Shown here piece after piece: positions 49,501 through 63,900 of a stretch of DNA of 64,000 bases (position 1 is the stretch's first letter; each line of letters begins with the position of its first letter). The notes under the pieces were generated by a model, which saw only the letters and a list, made by a program, of their open reading frames with translations, was not told where the DNA came from and made no database searches. The stretch comes from Eledone cirrhosa (Eukaryota), in NCBI GenBank assembly GCA_964016885.1, contig OZ024741.1, forward strand, positions 411,742,001 through 411,806,000, given 5' to 3'. The position numbers were made by a program, and so were the translations under genes.

Positions 49501-52500
49501 ATTAGAAATATGGTAATGGAAGGGTTAAACAACAAAGACAGTGTCTTACATTAGAAATATGGTAATGGAAGGGTTAAACAACATAGACAGTGTCTTACAT
49601 TAGAAATATGGTAATGAAATGGTTAAACAACATAGACAGTGTCTTACATTAGAAATATGGAAATGAAAGGGTTAAACAACATAGACAGTGTCTTACATTA
49701 GAAATATGATAATGAAAGGGTTAAACAACATAGACAGTGTCTTACATTAGAAATATGTTAATGAACATAGACTGTGTCTTACATTAGAAATATGGTAATG
49801 AAAGGGTTAAACAACATAGACAGTGTCTTACATTAGAAATATGATAATGAAATGGTTAAACAACATATACAGTGTCTTACATTAGAAATATGGTAATGAA
49901 AGGGTTAAACAACATAGACAGTGTCTTACATTAGAAATATGGTAATGAAAGGGTTAAACAACATAGAGAGTGTCTTACATTAGAAATATGGTAATGAAAG
50001 GGTTAAACAACATAGACTGTCTTACATTAGAAATATGGTAATGAAAGGGTTAAACAACATAGACAGTGTCTTACATTAGAAATATGATAATGAAAGGGTT
50101 ACACAACATAGACAGTGTCTTACATTAGAAATATGATAATGAAAGGGTTAAACAACATAGACTGTCTTACATTAGAAATATGATAATGAAAGGGTTAAAC
50201 AACATAGACAGTGTCTTACATTAGAAATATGGTAGTGAAAGGGTTAAACAACATAGACAGTGTCTTACATTAGAAATATGGTAATGAAAGGATTAAACAA
50301 CATAGACATTGTCTTTCATTAGAAATATGGTAATGAAAGGATTAAACAACATAGACAGTGTCTTACATTAGAAATATGGTAATGAAAGGGTTAAACAACA
50401 TAGACAGTGTCTTACATTAGAAATATGGTAATGAAATGGTTAAACAACATATACAGTGTCTTACATTAGAAATATGGTAATGAAAGGGTTAAACAACATA
50501 GACAGTGTCTTACATTAGAAATATGATAATGAAAGGGTTAAACAACATAGACTCTCTTACATTAGAAATATGATAATGAAAGGGTTAAACAACATAGACA
50601 GTGTCTTACATTAGAAATATGATAATGAAATGGTTAAACAACATATACAGTGTCTTACATTAGAAATATGGTAATGAAAGGGTTAAACAACATAGACAGT
50701 GTCTTACATTAGAAATATGGTAATGAAAGGGTTAAACAACATAGACATTGTCTTACATTAGAAATATGGTAATGAAATGGTTAAACAACATAGACAATGT
50801 CTTACATTAGAAATATGATAATGCAAGGGTTAAACAACATAGACATTGTCTTACATTAGAAATATGGTAATGAAATGGTTAAACAACATAGACAATGTGT
50901 TACATTAGAAATATAGTAATGAAAGGGTTAAACAACATAGACAGTGTCTTACATTAGAAATATGGTAATGAAAGGGTTAAACAACATAGACAGTGTCTTA
51001 CATTAGAAATATGGTAATGAAAGGGTTAAACAACATAGACAGTGTCTTACATTAGAAATATGATAATGAAAGGGTTAAACAACATATACAGTGTCTTACA
51101 TTAGAAATATGGTAATGAAATGGTTAAACAACATATACAGTGTCTTATATGAGAAATATGGTAATGAAAGGGTTAAACAACATAGACAGTGTCTTACATT
51201 AGAAATATGATAATGAAAGGGTTAAACAACATAGACAGTGTCTTACATTACAAATATAGTAATGAAAGGGTTAAACAACATAGACAATGTCTTACATTAC
51301 AAATATAGTAATGAAAGGGTTAAACAACATAGACAGTGTCTTACATTAGAAATATGGTTATGAAAGGGTTAAACAACATAGACAGTGTCTTACATTAGAA
51401 ATATGTAATGAAAGGGTTGAACAACATAGACAGTGTCTTACATCAGAAATATGGTAATGAAATTGTTAAACAACATAGACAGTGTCTTACACTAGAAATA
51501 TGATAATGAAAGGGTTAACCAACATAGACAGTGTCTTACATTAGAAATATGGTAATGAAATGGTTAAACAACATATACAGTGTCTTACATTAGAAATATG
51601 GTAATGAAAGGGTTAAACAACATAGACAGTGTCTTACATTAGAAATATGATAATGAAAGGGTTAAACAACATAGACTCTCTTACATTAGAAATATGATAA
51701 TGAAAGGGTTAAACAACATAGACAGTGTCTTACATTAGAAATATGATAATGAAATGGTTAAACAACATATACAGTGTCTTACATTAGAAATATGGTAATG
51801 AAAGGGTTAAACAACATAGACAGTGTCTTACATTAGAAATATGGTAATGAAAGGGTTAAACAACATAGACATTGTCTTACATTAGAAATATGGTAATGAA
51901 ATGGTTAAACAACATAGACAATGTCTTACATTAGAAATATGATAATGAAAGGGTTAAACAACATAGACATTGTCTTACATTAGAAATATGGTAATGAAAT
52001 GGTTAAACAACATAGACAGTGTCTTACATTAGAAATATGGAAATGAAAGGGTTAAACAACATAGACAGTGTCTTACATTAGAAATATGATAATGAAAGGG
52101 TTAAACAACATAGACAGTGTCTTACATTAGAAATATGTTAATGAACATAGACAGTGTCTTACATTAGAAATATGGAAATGAAAGGGTTAAACAACATAGA
52201 CAGTGTCTTACATTAGAAATATGGTAATGAAAGGGTTAAACAACATAGACAGTGTCTTACATTAGAAATATGATAATGAAAGGGTTAAACAATATAGACA
52301 GTGTCTTACATTAGAAATATGATAATGAAAGGGTTAAACAACATATACTCTCTTACATTAGAAATATGATAATGAAAGGTTTAAACAACATAGACAGTGT
52401 CTTACATTAGAAATATGGTAATGAAAGGGTTAAACAACATAGACAGTGTCTTACATTAGAAATATGGTAATGAAAGGGTTAAACAACATATAGTGTCTTA

Positions 52501-55500
52501 CATTAGAAATATGGTAATGAAAGGGTTAAACAACATAGACAATGTCTTACATTAGAAATATAGTAATGAATGGGCTAAACAACATAGACAGTGTCTTACA
52601 TTAGAAATATGTAATGAAAGGGTTGAACAACATAGACAGTGTCTTACATTAGAAATATGATAATTAAAGGGTTAAACAGCATAGACAGTGTCTTACATTA
52701 GAAATATGATAATGAAAGGGTTAAACAACAGACAGTGTCTTACATTAGAAATATGGTAATGAAAGGGTTAAACAACATAGACAGTGTCTTACATTAGAAA
52801 TATGATAATGAAAGGGTTAAACAACATAGACAGTGTCTTACATTAGAAATATGTAATGAAAGGGTTGAACAACATAGACAGTGTCTTACATTAGAAATAT
52901 GATAATGAAAGGGTTAAACAACATAGACAGTGTCTTACATCAGAAATATGGTAATGGAAGGGTTAAACAACATAAACAGTGTCTTACATTAGAAATATGG
53001 TAATGAAAGGGTTAAACAACATAGAGAGTGTCTTACATTAGAAATATGGTAATGAAAGGGTTAAACAACATAGACAGTGTCTTACACTAGAAATATGATA
53101 ATGAAAGGGTTAACCAACATAGACAGTGTCTTACATTAGAAATATGATAATGAAAGGGTTAAACAACATAGACTGTCTTACATTAGAAATATGATAATGA
53201 AAGGGTTAAACAACATAGACAGTGTCTTACATTAGAAATATGGTAATGAAAGGGTTAAACAACATAGACAGTGTCTTACATTAGAAATATGATAATGAAA
53301 GGGTTAAACAACATAGACTCTCTTACATTAGAAATATGATAATGAAAGGGTTAAACAACATAGACAGTGTCTTACATTAGAAATATGGTAATGAAATGGT
53401 TAAACAACATATACAGTGTTTTACATTAGAAATATGGTAATGAAAGTGTTAAACAACATAGACAATGTGTTACATTAGAAATATAGTAATGAAAGGGTTA
53501 AACAACATAGACAGTGTCTTATATTAGAAATATGATAATGAAAGGGTTAAACAACATAGATAGTGTCTTACATTAGAAATATGATAATGAAAGGGTTAAA
53601 CAACATAGACTGTCTTACATTAGAAATATGGTAATGAGAGGGTTAAACAACATAGACAGTGTCTTACATTAGAAATATGGTAGTGAAAGGGTTAAACAAC
53701 ATAGATAGTGTCTTACATTAGAAATATGATAATGAAAGGGTTAAACAACATAGACAGTGTCTTACATTAGATATATGATAATGAAAGGGTTAAACAACAT
53801 AGACAGTGTCTTACATTAGAAATATGGTAATGAAAGGGTTAAACCACATAGTCAATGTCTTACATTAGAAATATAGTAATGAAATGGTTAAACAACATAT
53901 ACAGTGTCTTACATTAGAAATATGGTAATGAAAGGGTTAAACCACATAGTCAATGTCTTACATTAGAAATATAGTAATGAAAGGGCTAAACAACATAGAC
54001 AGTGTCTTACTTTAGAAATATGTAATGAAAGGGTTGAACAACATAGACAGTGTCTTACATCAGAAATATGGTAATGAAATTGTTAAACAACATAGACAGT
54101 GTCTTACACTAGAAATATGATAATGAAAGGGTTAACCAACATAGACAGTGTCTTACATTAGAAATATGGTAATGAAAGGGTTAAACAACATAGACAGTGT
54201 CTTACATTAGAAATAAGATAATGAAAGGGTTAAACAACATAGACAGTGTCTTACATTAGAAATATGATAATGAAAGGGTTAAACAACATAAACTGTCTTA
54301 CATTAGAAATATGATAATGAAAGGGTTAAACAACATAGACAGTGTCTTACATTAGAAATATGGTAATGAAATGGTTAAACAACATATACAGTGTCTTACA
54401 TTAGAAATATGGTAATGAAAGGGTTAAACAACATAGACAGTGTCTTACATTAGAAATATGATAATGAAAGGGTTAAACAACATAGACTCTCTTACATTAG
54501 AAATATGATAATGAAAGGGTTAAACAACATAGACAGTGTCTTACATTAGAAATATGATAATGAAATGGTTAAACAACATATACAGTGTCTTACATTAGAA
54601 ATATGGTAATGAAAGGGTTAAACAACATAGACAGTGTCTTATATTAGAAATATGATAATGAAAGGGTTAAACAACATAGACAGTGTCTTACATTAGAAAT
54701 ATGATAATGAAAGGGTTAAACAACATAGACAGTGTCTTACATTAGAAATATAGTAATGAAAGGGTTAAACAACATAGACAGTGTCTTATATTAGAAATAT
54801 GATAATGAAAGGGTTAAACAACATATACAGTGTCTTACATTAGAAATATGATAATGAAATGGTTAAACAACATATACAGTGTCTTACATTAGAAATATAG
54901 TAATGAAAGGGTTAAACAACATAGACAGTGTCTTACATTAGAAATATGATAATGAAAGGGTTAAACAACATAGACAGTGTCTTACATTAGAAATATAGTA
55001 ATGAAAGGGTTAAACAACATAGACAGTGTCTTATATTAGAAATATAGTAATGAAAGGGTTAAACAACATAGACAGTGTCTTATATTAGAAATATGATAAT
55101 GAAAGGGTTAAACAACATATACAGTGTCTTACATTAGAAATATGATAATGAAATGGTTAAACAACATATACAGTGTCTTACATTAGAAATATAGTAATGA
55201 AATGGTTAAACAACATAGACAGTGTCTTACATTAGAAATATGGTAATGAAAGGGTTAAACAACATAGACAGTGTCTTACATTAGAAATATGATAATGAAA
55301 GGGTTAAACAACATAGACAGTGTCTTACATTAGAAATATGGTAATGAAAGGGTTAAACAACATAGACAATGTCTTACATTACAAATATAGTAATGAAAGG
55401 GTTAAACAACATAGACAGTGTCTTACATTAGAAATATGGTAATGAAAGGGTTAAACAACATAGACAGTGTCTTAAATTAGAAATATGGTAATGAAATGGT

Positions 55501-58500
55501 TAAACAACATATACAGTGTCTTACATTAGAAATACGGTAATGAAAGGGTTAAACAACACAGACAATGTCTTACATTACAAATATAGTAATGAAAGGGTTA
55601 AACAACATAGACAGTGTCTTACATTAGAAATATGATAATGAAAGGGTTAAATAACATAGACAGTGTCTTTCATTAGAAACATGGTAATGAAAGGGTTAAA
55701 CAACATAGACAGTGTCTTACATTAGAAATATGGTAATGAAAGGGTTAAACAACATAGACAGTGTCTTACATTAAAAATATGGTAATGAAAGGGTTAAACA
55801 ACATAGACAGTGTCTTACATTAGAAATATGGTAATGAAAGGGTTAAACAACATAGACTGTGTCTTACATTAGAAATATGATAATGAAAGGGTTAAACAAC
55901 ATAGACAGTGTCTTACATTAGAAATATGATAATGAAAGGGTTAAACAACATAGACAGTGTCTTACATTAGAAATATGATAATGAAAGGGTTAAACAACAG
56001 ACAGTGTCTTACATTAGAAATATGGTAATGAAAGGGTTAAACAACATAGACTGTGTCTTACATTAGAAATATGATAATGAAAGGGTTAAACAACATAGAC
56101 TGTGTCTTACATTAGAAATATGATAATGAAAGGGTTAAACAACATAGACAGTGTCTTACATTAGAAATATGATAATGAAAGGGTTAAACAACATAGACAG
56201 TGTCTTACATTAGAAATATGGTAATGAAAGGGTTAAACAACAGACAGTGTCTTACATTAGAAATATGGTAATGAAATGGTTAAACAACATAGACAGTGTC
56301 TTACATTGGAAATATGGTAATGAAATGGTTAAACAACATAGACAGTGTCTTACATTAGAAATATGATAATGAAAGGGTTAAACAACATATACAGTGTCTT
56401 ACATTAGAAATATGGTAATGAAAGGGTTAAACAACATAGACAGTGTCTTACATTAGAAATATGGTAATGAAAGGGTTAAACAACATAGACAGTGTCTTAC
56501 ATTAGAAATATGATAATGAAAGGGTTAAACAACATAGACAGTGTCTTACATTAGAAATATGATAATAAAAGGGTTAAACAACATAGACAGTGTCTTACAT
56601 TAGAAATATGATAATGAAAGGGTTAAACAACATAGACAGTGTCTTACATTAGAAATATGATAATGAAAGGGTTAAACAACATAGACAGTGTCTTACATTA
56701 GAAATATGATAATGAAAGGGTTAAACAACGTAGACAGTGTCTTACATTAGAAATATGGTAATGAAATGGTTAAACAACATAGACAGTGTCTTACATTAAA
56801 GATATGGTAGTGAAAGGGTCAAACAACATAGACAGTGTCTTACATTAGAAATATGGTAATGAAAGGGTTAAACAACATAGACAGTGTCTTACATTAGAAA
56901 TATGGTAATGAAAGGGTTAAACAACATAGACAGTGTCTTACATTAGAAATATGATAATGAAATGGTTAAACAACATATACAGTGTCTTACATTAGAAATA
57001 TGGTAATGAAAGGGTTAAACAACATAGACAGTGTCTTATATTAGAAATATGATAATGAAAGGGTTAAACAACATAGACAGTGTCTTACATTAGAAATATG
57101 ATAATGAAAGGGTTAAACAACATAGACAGTGTCTTACATTAGAAATATAGTAATGAAAGGGTTAAACAACATAGACAGTGTCTTATATTAGAAATATGAT
57201 AATGAAAGGGTTAAACAACATATACAGTGTCTTACATTAGAAATATGATAATGAAATGGTTAAACAACATATACAGTGTCTTACATTAGAAATATAGTAA
57301 TGAAAGGGTTAAACAACATAGACAGTGTCTTACATTAGAAATATGATAATGAAAGGGTTAAACAACATAGACAGTGTCTTACATTAGAAATATAGTAATG
57401 AAAGGGTTAAACAACATAGACAGTGTCTTATATTAGAAATATAGTAATGAAAGGGTTAAACAACATAGACAGTGTCTTATATTAGAAATATGATAATGAA
57501 AGGGTTAAACAACATATACAGTGTCTTACATTAGAAATATGATAATGAAATGGTTAAACAACATATACAGTGTCTTACATTAGAAATATAGTAATGAAAT
57601 GGTTAAACAACATAGACAGTGTCTTACATTAGAAATATGGTAATGAAAGGGTTAAACAACATAGACAGTGTCTTACATTAGAAATATGATAATGAAAGGG
57701 TTAAACAACATAGACAGTGTCTTACATTAGAAATATGGTAATGAAAGGGTTAAACAACATAGACAATGTCTTACATTACAAATATAGTAATGAAAGGGTT
57801 AAACAACATAGACAGTGTCTTACATTAGAAATATGGTAATGAAAGGGTTAAACAACATAGACAGTGTCTTAAATTAGAAATATGGTAATGAAATGGTTAA
57901 ACAACATATACAGTGTCTTACATTAGAAATACGGTAATGAAAGGGTTAAACAACACAGACAATGTCTTACATTACAAATATAGTAATGAAAGGGTTAAAC
58001 AACATAGACAGTGTCTTACATTAGAAATATGATAATGAAAGGGTTAAATAACATAGACAGTGTCTTTCATTAGAAACATGGTAATGAAAGGGTTAAACAA
58101 CATAGACAGTGTCTTACATTAGAAATATGGTAATGAAAGGGTTAAACAACATAGACAGTGTCTTACATTAAAAATATGGTAATGAAAGGGTTAAACAACA
58201 TAGACAGTGTCTTACATTAGAAATATGGTAATGAAAGGGTTAAACAACATAGACTGTGTCTTACATTAGAAATATGATAATGAAAGGGTTAAACAACATA
58301 GACAGTGTCTTACATTAGAAATATGATAATGAAAGGGTTAAACAACATAGACAGTGTCTTACATTAGAAATATGATAATGAAAGGGTTAAACAACAGACA
58401 GTGTCTTACATTAGAAATATGGTAATGAAAGGGTTAAACAACATAGACTGTGTCTTACATTAGAAATATGATAATGAAAGGGTTAAACAACATAGACTGT

Positions 58501-59757
58501 GTCTTACATTAGAAATATGATAATGAAAGGGTTAAACAACATAGACAGTGTCTTACATTAGAAATATGATAATGAAAGGGTTAAACAACATAGACAGTGT
58601 CTTACATTAGAAATATGGTAATGAAAGGGTTAAACAACAGACAGTGTCTTACATTAGAAATATGGTAATGAAATGGTTAAACAACATAGACAGTGTCTTA
58701 CATTGGAAATATGGTAATGAAATGGTTAAACAACATAGACAGTGTCTTACATTAGAAATATGATAATGAAAGGGTTAAACAACATATACAGTGTCTTACA
58801 TTAGAAATATGGTAATGAAAGGGTTAAACAACATAGACAGTGTCTTACATTAGAAATATGGTAATGAAAGGGTTAAACAACATAGACAGTGTCTTACATT
58901 AGAAATATGATAATGAAAGGGTTAAACAACATAGACAGTGTCTTACATTAGAAATATGATAATAAAAGGGTTAAACAACATAGACAGTGTCTTACATTAG
59001 AAATATGATAATGAAAGGGTTAAACAACATAGACAGTGTCTTACATTAGAAATATGATAATGAAAGGGTTAAACAACATAGACAGTGTCTTACATTAGAA
59101 ATATGATAATGAAAGGGTTAAACAACGTAGACAGTGTCTTACATTAGAAATATGGTAGTGAAAGGGTTAAACAACATAGACAGTGTCTTACATTAAAGAT
59201 ATGGTAGTGAAAGGGTTAAACAACATAGACAGTGTCTTACATTAGAAATATGGTAATGAAAGGGTTAAACAACATAGACAGTGTCTTACATTAAAGATAT
59301 GGTAGTGAAAGGGTTAAACAACATAGACAGTGTCTTACATTAGAAATATGGTAATGAAAGGGTTAAACAACATAGACAGTGTCTTACATTAGAAATATGG
59401 TAATGAAAGGGTTAAACAACATAGACAGTGTCTTACATTAGAAATATGGTAATGAAATGGTTAAACAACATAGACAGTGTCTTACATTAGAAATATGGTA
59501 ATGAAAGGGTTAAACAACATAGACAGTGTCTTACATTAGAAATATGGTAATGAAAGGGTTAAACAACATAGACAATGTCTTACATAAGAAATATGGTAAT
59601 GAAAGGGTTAAACAACATAAACAGTGTCTTACATTAGAAATATGGTAATGAAAGGGTTAAACAACATAAACAGTGTCTTACATTAGAAATATGGTAATTA
59701 AAGGGTTAAAGAACATAGACAGTGTCTTACATTAGAAATATGGTAATGAAAGGATTA
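37505..59757. repeat. 22-kb 49-bp satellite array (~455 copies) in NOA1 intron 2
   Basis: Unit AAACAACATAGACAGTGTCTTACATTAGAAATATG(G/A)TAATGAAAGGGTT; no ORFs across the array. Confidence 0.98.
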
Positions 59758-59801
59758 GTTTCTGATGCTGATAAAATATTTTTGTCTTATATTTCTTCCA
59801 G

Positions 59802-59969
59802 GAACTACGTTAAATTTGTTAAAATTCCCAATTCTGTATCCAACATCAGAAAGGATGTATAAAAGAAAATTAAGGTTAAATGAAGATGAGGAGAAAATTC
59901 AAGAAATGGAATATGTAAGGAGAATCAAGTTGAAAAATAAGGATTCCAGTAAAAATGCTGTCTTGAGGG
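59802..59969 (+). CDS. NOA1: NOA1 coding exon 3 (TTLNLLKFPILYPTSERMYKRKLRL...)
   Basis: ttccag|GA ACT ... AGG G|gtgagt, phase 1-1; joins exon 2 to give the conserved WPGTTLNLLKFPI (G2) motif. Confidence 0.95.
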
Positions 59970-60254
59970 GTGAGTATCATCATTGTCACCACAATCATCA
60001 TTATCATCATCGTCAACATCATCATTGTCACCACAATTATCATTGTCATCATCATCATTGTCACCACCTTCATTATTTTCATCATTGTCATCACTATCAT
60101 CATTATGTCTGGTTTCGAAAGTTGGAATTTGTCAGATGTGTTGTCATTAGGTCAGTGACTTGGCTGGTCAGGGGGACCATCTCTTTGTCAAACATTCCAT
60201 ATTATAGCGAGAGGGGGGGGGGGGTCTATGGTTGGATGCCCTTCATAATGCCAT

Positions 60255-60530
60255 CCACCTTACAGAGTGTACTGGGTGTATTTTATCATGACACCAACAC
60301 TACCACTTTACAGAGTGGACTGGGTGTATTTTATCATGACACCAACACTACCACTTTACAGAGTGTACTGGGTGTATTTTATCATGACACCAACACTACC
60401 ACATTACAGAGTGTACTGGGTGTATTTTATCATGACACCAACACTACCACATTACAGAGTGTACTGGGTGTATTTTATCATGACACCAACACTACCACAT
60501 TATAGAGTGTACTGGGTGTATTTTATCATG
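60255..60530. repeat. 48-bp minisatellite (~6 copies), same family as 27300-27770
   Basis: Same unit; directly preceded by the SINE/3' UTR motif TTGGATGCCCTTC. Confidence 0.92.
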
Positions 60531-60684
60531 TGACCAGAGATTGTTATGTACTCAGCAATATTAAAGAGCCCTCTGTACCCTGTCACAATCTGGCCACTAT
60601 TATTCTTTTAATCTCTTACCTGTTGCAGCCATTCGGCTGAGGCCATGCTGGAGCAACACTACTATTATCTACAAAAGTTTTGAA

Positions 60685-60840
60685 AATGTGGTTGGTGTTA
60701 GGGAGAGCTTCAAGCTGTAGAAACCAAGCCAGAAACAGTTTTGTATGAACAAGATATGGTCACCTAATGTGACTTATCTCACAATAGGACAACTTGTCTA
60801 ACCCATGCTAGCATGGATAATGGACATTAAATGATGATAA
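60685..60840 (+). mobile_element. RTE-tail SINE / 3' UTR fragment
   Basis: GTGGTTGGTGTTAGG...GCTGTAGAAACC...TCTAACCCATGCTAGCATGG...ATGATGAT. Confidence 0.7.
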
Positions 60841-60952
60841 GGACATTGTTATTTAGCTTCAGGTGTATGATTCTTAGATATGTCACTTCCACTGAAAAGC
60901 TAGGAATAAATATCATGTTAATGTACTTCTGGATAGAAGAGGAATCAGATGG

Positions 60953-63900
60953 TGTGTGAAGGGGTGAGGAGACTGAGCTGGTATAGACATGTATTGTAGA
61001 GGGATGATGTCTGTTGTGTGAAGGGGAGGGGAGACTGAGCTGGTATAGACATGTAATGTAGAGGGATGATGTCTGTTGTGTGAAGGGGTGACGAGACTGA
61101 GCTGGTATAGACATGTAATGTATAGGGATGATGTCTGTTGTGTGAAGGGGAGGGGAGACTGTGCTGGTATAGACATGTAATGTAGAGGGATGATGTCTGT
61201 TGTGTGAAGGGGAGGGGAGACTGAGCTGGTATAGACATGTAATGTATAGGGATGATGTCTGTTGTGTGAAGGGGAGGGGAGACTGAGCTGGTATAGACAT
61301 GTAATGTAGAGGGATGATGTCTGTTGTATGAAGGGGAGGGGAGACTGAGCTGGTATAGACATGTAATGTAGAGGGATGATGTCTGTTGTGTGAAGGGGAG
61401 GGGAGACTGAGCTGGTATAGACATGTAATGTAGAGGGATGATGTCTGTTGTGTGAAGGGGAGGGGAGACTGTGCTGGTATAGACATGTAATGTAGAGGGA
61501 TGATGTCTGTTGTGTGAAGGGGAGGGGAGACTGAGCTGGTATAGACATGTAATGTAGAGGGATGATGTCTGTTGTGTGAAGGGGAGGGGAGACTGTGCTG
61601 GTATAGACATGTAATGTAGAGGGATGATGTCTGTTGTATGAAGGGGAGGGGAGACTGAGCTGGTATAGACATGTAATGTAGAGGGATGATGTCTGTTGTA
61701 TGAAGGGGAGGGGAGACTGAGCTGGTATAGACATGTAATGTAGAGGGATGATGTCTGTTGTATGAAGGGGAGGGGAGACTGAGCTGGTATAGACATGTAA
61801 TGTAGAGGGATGATGTCTGTTGTATGAAGGGGAGGGGAGACTGAGCTGGTATAGACATGTAATGTAGAGGGATGATGTCTGTTGTATGAAGGGGAGGGGA
61901 GACTGTGCTGGTATAGACATGTAATGTAGAGGGATGATGTCTGTTGTGTGAAGGGGAGGGGAGACTGTGCTGGTATAGACATGTAATGTAGAGGGATGAT
62001 GTCTGTTGTATGAAGGGGAGGGGAGACTGAGCTGGTATAGACATGTAATGTAGAGGGATGATGTCTGTTGTGTGAAGGGGAGGGGAGACTGTGCTGGTAT
62101 AGACATGTAATGTAGAGGGATGATGTCTGTTGTGTGAAGGGGAGGGGAGACTGCTGGTATAGACATGTAATGTAGAGGGATGATGACTGTTGTGTGAAGG
62201 GGAGGGGAGACTGTGCTGGTATAGACATGTAATGTAGAGGGATGATGACTGTTGTGTGAAGGGGAGGGGAGACTGTGCTGGTATAGACATGTAATGTAGA
62301 GGGATGATGTCTGTTGTGTGAAGGGGAGGGGAGACTGCTGGTATAGACATGTAATGTAGAGGGATGATGTCTGTTGTGTGAAGGGGAGGGGAGACTGAGC
62401 TGGTATAGACATGTAATGTAGAGGGATGATGTCTGTTGTGTGAAGGGGAGGGGAGACTGTGCTGGTATAGACATGTAATGTAGAGGGATGATGACTGTTG
62501 TGTGAAGGGGAGGGGAGACTGTGCTGGTATAGACATGTAATGTAGAGGGATGATGTCTGTTGTGTGAAGGGGAGGGGAGACTGTGCTGGTATAGACATGT
62601 AATGTAGAGGGATGATGACTGTTGTGTGAAGGGGAGGGGAGACTGTGCTGGTATAGACATGTAATGTAGAGGGATGATGTCTGTTGTATGAAGGGGAGTG
62701 GAGACTGAGCTGGTATAGACATGTAATGTAGAGGGATGATGTCTGTTGTGTGAAGGGGAGGGGAGACTGTGCTGGTATAGACATGTAATGTAGAGGGATG
62801 ATGACTGTTGTGTGAAGGGGAGGGGAGACTGTGCTGGTATAGACATGTAATGTAGAGGGATGATGTCTGTTGTGTGAAGGGGAGGGGAGACTGTGCTGGT
62901 ATAGACATGTAATGTAGAGGGATGATGTCTGTTGTGTGAAGGGGAGGGGAGACTGAGCTGGTATAGACATGTAATGTAGAGGGATGATGACTGTTGTGTG
63001 AAGGGGAGGGGAGACTGTGCTGGTATAGACATGTAATGTAGAGGGATGATGTCTGTTGTGTGAAGGGGAGGGGAGACTGAGCTGGTATAGACATGTAATG
63101 TAGAGGGATGATGTCTGTTGTATGAAGGGGAGGGGAGACTGTGCTGGTATAGACATGTAATGTAGAGGGATGATGTCTGTTGTGTGAAGGGGAGGGGAGA
63201 CTGAGCTGGTATAGACATGTAATGTAGAGGGATGATGTCTGTTGTATGAAGGGGAGGGGAGACTGTGCTGGTATAGACATGTAATGTAGAGGGATGATGT
63301 CTGTTGTGTGAAGGGGAGGGGAGACTGAGCTGGTATAGACATGTAATGTAGAGGGATGATGTCTGTTGTGTGAAGGGGGGGGGAGACTGAGCTGGTATAG
63401 ACATGTAATGTAGAGGGATGATGTCTGTTGTGTGAAGGGGAGGGGAGACTGAGCTGGTATAGACATGTAATGTAGAGGGATGATGTCTGTTGTGTGAAGG
63501 GGAGGGGAGACTGTGCTGGTATAGACATGTAATGTAGAGGGATGATGTCTGTTGTGTGAAGGGGAGGGGAGACTGAGCTGGTATAGACATGTAATGTAGA
63601 GGGATGATGTCTGTTGTGTGAAGGGGAGGGGAGACTGAGCTGGTATAGACATGTAATGTAGAGGGATGATGTCTGTTGTGTGAAGGGGAGGGGAGACTGA
63701 GCTGGTATAGACATGTAATGTAGAGGGATGATGTCTGTTGTATGAAGGGGAGGGGAGACTGAGCTGGTATAGACATGTAATGTAGAGGGATGATGTCTGT
63801 TGTGTGAAGGGGAGGGGAGACTGAGCTGGTATAGACATGTAATGTAGAGGGATGATGTCTGTTGTATGAAGGGGAGGGGAGACTGTGCTGGTATAGACAT

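Noticed and set aside
37505-59757. CRISPR-like or centromeric array
   Set aside because: There are no unique spacers and no cas genes, and the context is a eukaryotic intron; nothing in the sequence supports centromere function.
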